From Halocafeteria seosinensis (lineage: Eukaryota): a stretch of DNA of 64,000 nucleotides. A program made the position numbers and the translations under genes. How positions within the stretch are numbered: position 1 is the stretch's first letter; every line of letters starts with the position of its first letter. This document shows positions 36,668 to 47,343 of the stretch, in pieces. The stretch spans positions 62,001 through 126,000 of the forward strand of contig LVLI01000080.1 in NCBI GenBank assembly GCA_001687465.1. Reading direction: 5' to 3'. The notes under the pieces are model-generated. The model searched no databases. It had not been told where the DNA came from and saw only the letters and a list, made by a program, of their open reading frames with translations.

Positions 36668-37445
36668 CTAATGAACGGTCGACCTGTCCGATGCCGCGGC
36701 CTCTGTTGCTGCAGCAGCGGCAGCTGCAGCTTGTTCGTTGGCTGTTTCGATGCTCCGCCGTCGGATTAACTGGGTAAGCGGGTGCTTGTATACATTAAAC
36801 GCTTCTTGATCGAAACTATCTATTCGAGACAAGTCACGCGAGGGCTGTGGGAACTGTTTCTTTAGAGTTGAGGGGGCAAATGTATCTTCGCGGTTAATCT
36901 CCTTTAATTTGATACTCGTGTGTCCCATTAGCAATGAATCCCCAGCTTGCATTGTGACAGAGGTTTCTTTCAGAGTTGATGTCGGCTTTTTCGATCCTTT
37001 GGCGACGTACCAGGTCCCGTTTCCTGCAGAATATAGAACGAGGATTATATTTTTTTATATTCTGGTAGTTGTATCCAAGTGCAACCCGAATGTTAGTACA
37101 TACGGCTCGAGTCTGTAAACACCGTCGTTCCGTCTTCGTTTATGCGAATTACTCCTGTGGGTCAAAAAGCTGCGGGTAAGCATCAGACGAATCGAAACAA
37201 TTATACTCCACATTATGCGTACCATGTGTCCTTGATATAGTATTATCTGATATGCTTGCTTCACACTTCTTGTCTCTACCAATTCGGATTTCTCTTGCTT
37301 GAGACACGGAAAACGTGAGACCCTTGGAAGGTCCTGTTTCTACTACCATGAGGGCAGATGCCGCTCCTGCAATCTCATCCTCCTCTTTGCCATCATGTCC
37401 ATCTGCTCCCGTGTGTGAGCTTAATGGATCCTCTGAAGTGGCCAT
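36668..37445 (-). CDS. FHA-domain protein
   Basis: GPSKG...IRIGRDKKCEASISDNTISRTHG, DSSRNGTW and GDSLLMG after splicing two introns. Confidence 0.85.
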
Positions 37446-37866
37446 TGCTGCCCCCCAAAATAGAGCTGTTGTGTATGGCGCGCACTACCTATGTTGCATT
37501 GAGTCCTACTACCCCTTTTCGATTACCAACGACCCTGTAATTTTCCTCTACGCAGCTTATGTTAGAGATATGAATCTACAATCGTTGTGCTTCGGAATTG
37601 AGTACAATTGTGGTGGCCCACTGGTTGAATCTTGAAGAAGTCTTCAACGCTTTCCAACGCTCTACAAACTTGGATGGGGCCGCCCCATTGGGCCCCAATG
37701 ATTGGGGTCACAACCGGGTAATTCTACACGTTGGTGTTCGGGTAACGTTGCTCTCATAGGACTTGTTTGCCACCATCAAGTGGTCGAGTGTATGGTGTTA
37801 TTGGTGTGATTTTACTCGTTTCAATGTACCACACCTGTTTACATACCGGTATGAAGTCCTTACAGC

Positions 37867-37901
37867 ACAGAATCAACTTATTACAGAATCAACTTATTAC
37901 A
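37867..37901. repeat. 16-bp tandem duplication (ACAGAATCAACTTATT x2)
   Basis: Read directly; lies about 30 nt downstream of the MerC-like stop codon. Confidence 0.85.
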
Positions 37902-37930
37902 CATCATAAGGGTAAATATGCCGTCATGTA

Positions 37931-38939
37931 TTAATGAGTAGGCTTTGCACACGATTTAGTACTGGAACGACTACATAAACTCTGAGAGGGATGGGAGCTT
38001 CGGCCGTGGTCATGATCGTGATCGCAACACCCTTTCACTAAGCGCCGGGACCAATACTGCGAACTCAAAAGCATCGCACATCCCGTTGTATTTGCAATGG
38101 CATGCCATGCATGAGGGATTATTTCCACACCAAAAGGAGCGTTCGAGGCAACTATCGTTGAAAGACCGGCTACACCTAGCCCTAAAACCTCTTTGCGTTT
38201 GTGCTGTTGATGGTTGGTGTATAGCGCCATACCGCCCACCGGCAGCACAAAATATAGGGACACATGATGTAGCACGTGTTTAACGATCTCAATGTTTGCC
38301 GGCGAGAGGAATCCCACGATCGGCAACGCCGTAAGCACGACAGGCAAAACTGTGCAGTCCAAAACGCATAACCCTGCACACGGATAAAATTCAAACTCGG
38401 ATGAGCATAGGGCTTGTAAACTACATGGTGAAAAGAGGATCCTACTCACATGTTGCAAACATGCTAATAGTATTCATATTCATGCCATATCGACTAGCCA
38501 AGCGTTCCACCATCCCACCGGATTCCCTGGAGTTCTTACCAATACAGTCCCTATTAACGACTGGGTCTTCTAAATGCGTCGTTCTTCCTTCCTCCTTCGT
38601 CTCCGAATGTTTACTAGCTTGAACTGTTTCCGGAGACTCTACATGGCTAGGGGATTGAGAATTCCTAGGAGCACGGCCCGTTGTATTGAACCACAGTATT
38701 TGAACTCCTTGAAGTGGACGGACCGCCAGTCCTCTTTCGGTATGCCCAATAGCCCAACCATAACGTTTGTTGCACACAGTACAAACAGGGAGATGAATGC
38801 TTGCTTTTTGATGACTGGGAGTATTACGATAACGTTCTGGTATTCCGATACTTGTAGTTGTTCTCCAGGCTCCTCTTGCCACGCATGGTTGTAGAAACTT
38901 GCCTGATAAAGCGCCCAATCCCGACTTCCCTCCAGTCAT
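37931..38939 (-). CDS. MerC-domain membrane protein with a long N-terminal extension and a His/Cys-rich tail
   Basis: After one intron: SMFATWLCVLDCTVLP...VSLYFVLPVGGMALYTNHQQHKR...NTTGCAMLLSSQY (four TM segments, CxxxC motif as in the MerC family); tail CCDHDHDHG. Confidence 0.75.
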
Positions 38940-39181
38940 CGCTTCTGGCCGTAGCGTAAATAATCAAATTACGTCCAACTCGTTGACCTTTTATGCTATT
39001 CTGTCATACAGCAGCAGAAGCAACTTGCTTCAAGGCTTACAGCACGCGCCTGCCGACTGTGACGTCACAGAATACCTCTGCGTGAGCACCTAATTGCGTT
39101 CCAAGATTGAGTCCTCATACGGATGTTAACTAAAACTAATAATCCCGAAGTTTTGAATTTAGCTCAATCACTCACGAAGTT

Positions 39182-39584
39182 TTAAAACACGGGTACTCCC
39201 CGCATCGGAACGAACTTCACAGCAGCCTCTTTGAGTGCGGTGTAATCCTTAGAGTACCCGGTGGCTACAGGTCTCACTTCAGAAAGTACAAAACAATTCT
39301 ACAAACGAAAGCACATAAAACAGTAGAAAACACTGGTCAATGGAGCGTATGCTTCAGTCGTTACGGGATTCAGCACTCACTTCACGAACTGCCGCTTCGT
39401 TGAAGTAGAGACGATCCAATTTCGGCGCGCTAGGGGCAACGGATAGCCCTTTTCAAGCCTTCCCAAGGAATGTATTACTCAAAGAATGATTGTAATTAAG
39501 CATTGCAAGTTTGGTTAACGTACTCTCATTCGGAACAACTCTGGGGGTGCGAAGCCTAAGAATCACGTGCTGCATACTGGCCAT
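39182..39584 (-). CDS. Predicted small three-exon protein (81 aa) of unknown function, absent from the ORF track
   Basis: Exons 39584-39524, 39448-39381 and 39298-39182; introns 39449-39523 (GTACGT...AAAG) and 39299-39380 (GTGAGT...TTTGTAG). The frame stays open to TAA. Confidence 0.5.
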
Positions 39585-39602
39585 AATTGTAAAGTGGCCA
39601 AC

Positions 39603-41643
39603 ATGAGTGGGGAGAGTACTAAGGATTCTGCAAATGAGGGCATGCGCGTCCGTGCGTCTTCTTCGACATCCCCTCTACGCAAATCAACTACTCCCGGAGA
39701 CTATCAGAAGCCGAGAAGTATGACGCCATCACCTACGCTAAGGGGCTCTTCTGGAGCCAGCAACCCCCTACATAAACTTGTTGAGCGACGGAGACACAGC
39801 ATCGAAGAACAGCGCTTACAGAGAGCAATGTACAGCTCAGAACTCTTTTTCAAGGAGCTTTTGCCTTATCTTGAGGAATTCAAGGTCATTTCTCGAGCCA
39901 AAGTAAACCAGCTCCAGGATGAATCCGAGCAAGTCGTTGAGGGGAGCCTGAGCACCAGGGAGCTTATGGGATTGGCAATAAAATGGGGCATTACAGAGTC
40001 TGCCTCACACTTCGTAAGTAGAGAAAAGAAAACTAGCCATATCACGCCATGAAATCTTTTTTCGTGGAGTGGCAGTGGGCAAATCACAAGACAAAAGACC
40101 AACTTATACACGCTCTTAGAGTTAAGAAGGCTGAACTAGAGCTCCCTCCTCAACAAAATGAAGAAGGAATGATAGAGCTTGCAGACACAAGGTACGGCAA
40201 GTTGCTGGTCTTGTACACAGATCTTTTAATGCATTAGCGTTACGGTGCGAATTATCAGGAATCACGAAGACCCACCAAACGTTGCACCTGAAGTCATGCG
40301 GAGAGACAGTTTGACGAAGCTGCAGACTACTATGGGAACCAAAGCTTACACGGGAGACAAATTCGGAACTAGGGGTAAGATTCGCTCATGTTTGCACGGG
40401 TTAATTCTGTGGTACTTGATCTTCCTGCACACCTGTCAAACGAGCAGGTGTGTACATGGGAGGACTAATTTATGCATCCCGGCAGAAAATGAAAGAGGGA
40501 GAGACATCAAACCTTAGCAACTCGGGGCATGAAGCGAATGATTCATCCAAGTTTAGCAATTCAAGCCCCAGAGATAGCAATAGCCCAGTGAGCCAAGAAT
40601 TCCGTGAGGGTAAGGACGCTAGCGAGGAGTACGCTAACGAAGAACCTTCCCCTCTTCACCCCAGGAAAGCAGATAGTCCCGAATCCACAGGAGAATGGGG
40701 GCAAAGCAGGTCTCCTTCTGAAGACGACCACACTGGCTACTTCGATGGGTCCATTAAACGATATCATTCAAACGGAGAGGGAAGACGTCAACGAACCTCC
40801 AGTGCAATTTGCGTCCAGGCGTTCGAGGAATCACGACAGGCGTTGGCCCATGGCAAGTGGCCACCTTTGAAGCCAGGGCAGTTACTGAGCTTGGAAGAGT
40901 TCATTGATAGACACGATTTCGGCAAGACGAACGATTACAAGCAGTCCGACGAGGATAAGCACTATGCCCTGTCGACTCTAGCAAAGGCTATTCATGTTAA
41001 CCAGCTTGCCGAAGCTCCCTATCAGAACGTGAAAGAAGCCTCGTTGCTCCGATCTGAGTCCTTTATTAGAGGAGACAGAACAGCGAGGGATAGGACAGCG
41101 CGGGAAGTGAGGGAAGCCAAACCGGTATCTCCGTATTCGCCTGTCCAACAGCATTCACAGCCTCTGTCGGAAGCCAGCAAACGCGTTGCAAAAACCTTGA
41201 GGGGAGTGACCGGAGTGGCACCGTATCCGTCACCGGAGGTTCGTGCTCGCTCGGAGTCAAAAATGCAGCTATATCTCTGCCCTTTACGTAAACGACCACC
41301 CAAAGAGGTTTTCCTACCCGTGACAAAGGAGAAGCAACAAACGTTTCCTAGGGGAGTATTGCAGATGGAAGAGACGCAACAAGAATCCAAGAACGCAGAA
41401 CCGACGGCTTCCCCTGTGTCCTTTGTACGCGGAAGTGATGTCCGGCAGCGGATTCGTGATCCCAGTCTCAACTTCAGCGGGAATTCAACAGGGGAATTTA
41501 GCGGCCTTGTTAGTGGGGATATGTTGAATGACGAACTCCCAAACCCTCTGCACATGCCTAATCCTTCTCATCCTATAATGGAAGCCACCACAGGAACAGG
41601 TACTGGAATTGGCGTTCCCACTCAAGAGATCAGTCGAATGTAA
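39603..41643 (+). CDS. Uncharacterised Ser/Pro-rich protein
   Basis: Four ORF segments joined in frame by three canonical introns; no family recognised; start codon uncertain. Confidence 0.7.
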
Positions 41644-42228
41644 ATGTAAATACCACGGTACCCCCCGGTGTAGCACATGGTCCCTGTGTACGATAGCCCG
41701 CACCAGGTACCACCTACTGTAGGTGCTCTGCCGGTGGCCCCAAGCATACCTCTTCTACTAACGGTGTCGAGTTTCCTCTGCGTATACATTTTATCAAATA
41801 TTTAGCCTGGTTACACCTGTTTGCCCTCGTACACGTAGCGTGCCGAAATAAGGGCCGATTCAAGACCAAAAAATCGGGCAATATCTTTGCACCAGAGATG
41901 CTTTGAAAGCAATAGTTGACAGGGGACATAAAATATGATTACCTTTCTCATTGTATTGCTCTCTATCCAATGGAAGACTTGCATAGAAGCGTCACTAATA
42001 ACGGGCACATTTAGAATCGGCCTTGTGTGACAAGTTGTGTCATGACCGGTGCAGTCCAGCAGTGCGATCCTATCTTGAAGAAACTACCTTGCCGACCGCC
42101 AACTTGCTGCCAAAAATTGTGGGAGGACCCGTGACTACGACAGTGCGAGCTGAAATTGATAAAATATGCTCTGGTGAAGCTTCCCGTATGGTCTTTTGCC
42201 CCATCGAAAGTAGAAGGGGTACAATGAT

Positions 42229-43957
42229 ATGGGATCTACTTCTGCAACCGACGTCCTTGGTTGTGTCGGTACAGTGTTCCTCGTCCTCTTGTTGCCCGCT
42301 CTAGTTATATGGAGCAAAAAGCAACTAGAAAAGCGTCGCGGTTGGATCGGCAAGCTCTTCAAGCTTGTCAATCCCATTATTGCCTGTATGTGTATTGGGG
42401 CCGCCATTGGTAACGCGGGTCTGAATGGAGCTTCCCCCGCAGTGGATGCTACTCTGGACTATTTGTCTCAAGCTACGATTGTTATAGCTCTATCGTTATT
42501 ACTATTTTCATGCAATTTAGCAGTACTAAAACAGCTTGGAGGAAAATGCCTCTTGGCATTCTGTTTAGGAGCTATCTCTGTGGTGATTACTACGTCGCTG
42601 GCTTGGCTAGCGTTTCACAGAGAATTCGATGACGACAATGGAGCCTACCTAGCTGGTAAGTATGGCCTTTCATGCGAATCTATTTATAGAGTACCACTTT
42701 GAGTGTTCGAAACATTCCAGGAATGATGGCAGCGACTCTTACCGGCGGTACTCCGAACATGGCAGCAGCTCAGGTAGCTCTAAGCGTAGGTCGCTTGCTT
42801 CTATTTTTCGTAGGACGACGTGTATAAAAAGCACTGTACTTCGCCATGGTCTCCTGTCGCAGATAGACGAAGGGTTATTCATTGCCACAATGTCAACAGG
42901 CATGTTGACAGGAGCCGTATATGTATTTGCTATTGTGGTATGTTTGCTGTATAATATGTATAACTCATGATGACTCATCGAACTTTTTTACTGAACCCCG
43001 CGTCCAGACTATTGCAAAGCCATGTTTACTTAAGATTCTTCCCCCTTTTGAAGAGCGTGATTGCCAACGATCAGCGAGCACGGAGCATGAACAGGAAGTT
43101 GTTGACGAGGATGGCCCTCTCCGATCTTCAGACACAGATGTAGGCACTCCGACGTCCCCCTTGGATCCTAGCCAGGAAGAAGTCTCCGAAAGAGTGGAAT
43201 ACTGCTCATGTAGTACACCTGCAGAGCCCGAGGATGAAAACCAGAAACCGGAAAGTGCATATCAGACGAAACGGGAGGAAGAACTACGGTTGCAGGGCAA
43301 CGTCGATCACTACGATAGAGGAATCCAAATGTATTCATGTCTATGTCAACGGGATAATCTTTGCCATATAGGAGGTCTACTGCTGCTGACAGCAGTAATC
43401 GTGATGAGTGGAGTTGGCCTGGGTATGCTTGTGCCCAGAGCAGAGTTCGCGACGATAGTGACCATAATAGGAATAACGAGCATTTCGCTGTTGTTATCGC
43501 GGTGGAAGCTACTGGGAAAATCGCGAATAGCTTTTCCCCTAGCTCAGTACATTATATTAATGTTCTCCGTGGTAATTGGTATGCTGGCTAGCGCTCGGAC
43601 AGTATTGACCAACACTCCATTACTGCTTGCATTCATTGCTTTTGCGCTGGTGGGGACAGTCACGCTACATATCATTCTTGCGAAGCTGTTTCGAATTGAT
43701 GCGGACACCCTTATTGTAATGTCTGCGAGCTGCACCCTGGCACCTCCATTTATTCCGATGGTAACAGCTAAACTAGAAAATAAGGTGAGCAATGAGCAAC
43801 TGCTGTATTCCAGTCTGTGTTGACTATCTCTGCCTCCTTGTTCGTACATATGCTTGTCCAGAAGCTTCTATTGCCAGGTGTGACTGTTGGAGTTTTGGGC
43901 TATGCCATCGGCACTTACTTGGGAATTGGTGTTGCTCTCCTATGGAAATCCGTTTGA
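42229..43957 (+). CDS. DUF819-family multi-pass membrane protein, copy 1
   Basis: ATLTGGTPNMAA, IDADTLIVMSASCTLAPPF and LLLPGVTVGVLGYAIGTYLG motifs; four introns; TGA at 43955-43957. Confidence 0.85.
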
Positions 43958-44405
43958 ACTCAACCAACACACACACACACATATGTGATAGATAGCCCAC
44001 CAGCCGGGGAGTTGGCCGCATCCTCTTAACGAGGAGCGGTATGCAACCAATGTAACTAGCCATACATCACCACATGAATACACACATACGGAAGACACAT
44101 GCGACATTGTCGTCACTATTCATCAATTCGAATATCATGTATTCGCAGTATTAATGTTCAACAGCAAGGGAGAATGAACTCTGCTATCTACTAGCATTTT
44201 CTACTTGAAATTCCGTGTGTGATGACCAAGCGACGCAAGCCGGGCAAGCGTACCAAAAGACTGACAAGATGTCCGCAGTTGTCCCTATTCCCGGCTATCG
44301 TATTAGGTCTGTATGTGTTGGATTTGGAAGACCGATATTTTGGTGGATACATTGGAATGGTCTTGTTCACTCAAGAATGATAGTGGGAACATTGAGAAGT
44401 CCTCT

Positions 44406-46095
44406 ATGACGTCCACGCTTGCGATCGACGTCATCAGCTCCGCGGGGACCGTGCTCATGGCACTATTGTTACCAGCCCTGATTATATGGAGCAAGCAGCG
44501 TTGGGAGAAACGTCACGATTGGGTCGGAAGGATGTTCAAACTCGTCAACCCTATCATTGCGTGTTTGTGCATTGGAGCCGCCGTTGGTAACGCAGGTCTA
44601 AACGGAGCGTCTTCAACTGTGGATGCCACTCTGGATTACATGTCTCAAGCTACAATTGTGATTGCACTGTCCTTGCTTCTGTTTTCATGCGATTTGACAC
44701 TACTGAAAGAACTTGGAGGTAAATGCCTCCTGGCTTTCTGCCTAGGAGCTGCCGCTGTGGTGGTCGCGGCCTCGTTGGCATGGATCGCGTTTCACGAAGA
44801 AATGGACCAGGATGACGGTGCATACGTAGCCGGTGAGTACACCCTGTTTGTTCTGCTGCCGGATCTGCTAATCAATGTGAACTGTTTGCAGGGCTCATGA
44901 CTGCAACACTGACCGGAGGGACCCCCAATATGGCGGCTGCTCAGGTAGCTTTGGGCGTAAGTCACTGTCTTCACGAGGGAAGCAGGTTACATGACTTTAA
45001 GCATCTCGTGATATTTTAACAGGTTGACAAAGATTTATTCATTGCTACCATGACAACAGATATGCTGACGGGTGCAGTTTACATTTTTGCTATAGTTGTA
45101 TGTTCGCGCTCGCAATGTTCTACCGTACTATGCCATTCCCACCCACTGGTGGATCCGCAGACTATTGGCAAGCCTTTTTTACTGCGTATACTTCCTCCTT
45201 TTGAAGAGAATGAGAGCGAAGATACAGAAGGTGCTGATCAAATGCGGGGAGTGGAAGAGGACGAAGGCGGCTCACATCGGCCGGAGAGTGTAGACTCTGT
45301 TGAGTGTCCTCAAAATGAAGCAGATGATCTCTCCACCGAATTCCCGGAAAAGAGTGAAGACGGTTCGAATGGTGTAATCGTTGATACCGTGGACGATGGT
45401 TGTAATAAGTCGATCGAAGGTGAAGACGAAGAGCTGCGACTAAATGCGAGTTTGGACCATCACAGTACAGGGGGTATCCAGATGTACTTTTCTTTATGTC
45501 GAAGGGACAATTTTTGTCAGATTGGTGGCTTGCTAGGCCTGTCAGTGATAATTGTGTTAATCGGAGTTGGCTTAGGAATGCTAGTGCCGAGTCCTGAGTT
45601 CGCAACTGTTGTAACTGTTATAACGATAATGAGTCTCGCTCTTGGTTTATCGCGGTGCAAATACGTAAGGGAATCGAGCATGGCATTTCCTTTGGGTCAG
45701 TACATTATATTAATTTTCTCAGTGGCCATTGGCATGCTGGCAAGCGCTCGGCAAGTATTGGGGAACACACCAATACTGTTCGCATTTGTGGCCTTTACGC
45801 TAATCGCGACCGTTACTCTGCATATTACTCTGGCGAAGCTGTTTCGTATCGATGCGGATACTCTGATTGTAATGTCTTCAAGCTGCACGCTCTCTCCACC
45901 GTTCGTACCAATGGTCACTACCGTAATAGGCAATCAAGTAAGCAAGGCACTGGGTATGGTTACCTGAGAGTTGGAACACCTCGTTTCTACGTTCTGCAGA
46001 AGCTCCTACTACCTGGAGTAACAATTGGTATCCTTGGCTACGCAATCGGCACATATTTGGGAGTAGGGGTTGGTCTACTTTGGAAGTCAATGTGA
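44406..46095 (+). CDS. DUF819-family multi-pass membrane protein, copy 2 (tandem paralog)
   Basis: Same motifs and the same four intron positions as copy 1. Confidence 0.85.
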
Positions 46096-46098
46096 AGG

Positions 46099-47077
46099 CT
46101 ACATGTAGCTGCCGAAAGTGGTTCTTCCAGACATGGTAAAGCTTGGCCCAGTCTTTTTCGAGCTGAATGCTTGCTTTCCCATACCGGTCTGTACCTTATA
46201 ATATCCTGGACCGGTTCGTGTAGAACTAGCTTTTTCTTTATATTCGCGTTTCCCTCGGATCTCGCTTGAAGGCGCTGTTTTCCTTGTGCTTTCGTATTGC
46301 TTGCCGAGACTGTGTGTAATTTTGTAGTCTCCCGGGGCTGCACTAATTTGGCTATCACCAACTTTCCCCTCTCGTTTACCAAGTCCGAACGAGACAAAAG
46401 ACGAGTTCTTGATAGTTGACAAGGGTACTTTACAACTAACCGTCTCAAAAGTCTTGTATGCACCGGGAGGGGGGATGCCTTTTTTAGCTAGAGCAGGATC
46501 AATTGTCCTCTTCACCGCCATAGTAAACTTCGGCACACTCGCATATTTTGGATCATTGTAGTCTCTCCCGTATTGTCCAGGGCCAGGGGCATTGGGATCA
46601 ATATTCGGTCGATTTACTTTTTCGCTACCTCCTAAACTGAAGTCAGTTGCCCGTCTGATAGTAGATACATGAGATTCCCCGAGTCGCGTTTCGCGATAAT
46701 AAGCACCTGGTCCAGGCATGTCGTCTCTGATTTCCATAGAGTCCCGTTTTGAGTAACCGAAAGCTGCAAAGAAAACCAAGATGAAATTAGGCACTTGATA
46801 TTTGGGTAACTCTACAACTAACATAGTGTAGTCGGGTTTCGAAATGTCGAGAGGGACTGTCGTCCAATTGTATCAGGAAGCTGGTACGAGGTCGGTCCTG
46901 CAATACGGCAAACATTATCATCGTCGCCAGATAGTAGAAATGGTGAAATGACGAACCTGGCGAATTGTCCAAAGCTTCTGAATCATCTTGTGTGCTGCTA
47001 TCCTCCTCTCCGAGGACTACCAAGTCGATGGCACTTTTATGGCCGCGTTTGCGGAGCGATTGCCTTGTACTCTCCAT
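46099..47077 (-). CDS. SHIPPO-repeat (ODF3/STPG-like) ciliary protein
   Basis: Repeated PGPGAY, PGPGQY, PPPGAY and GPGYY motifs followed by S/P.F.. motifs; two introns in the 5' part. Confidence 0.85.
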
Positions 47078-47343
47078 GTTTGTAGGATAGAGACTACTAA
47101 TCCATACCGTATTGCCTTTACTCTATACACTTCCAGTTTGTTACATACATTCCGACGAAAACATGAAATAATAGAATGCCTGACTAGACCAGAAGAAATA
47201 CGCGCGCCAGAACGAAAAAAGTCCGTTGCAACTTGCAACTTGCAAGTTGCATGGACCTTGAAGTAAGGCTCCTTCTTGAATTCAAGAGATGCAAAAGCTA
47301 TTGAATGACATAAGTTTTAATGACTGTTCATTTCATATCGCCC

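Noticed and set aside
39188..39263. Structured ncRNA (GGGTACTC...GAGTACCC stem with an inner CCGCA/TGCGG stem)
   Set aside because: It lies within the predicted last coding exon of the hidden minus-strand gene and matches no RNA family I recognise.
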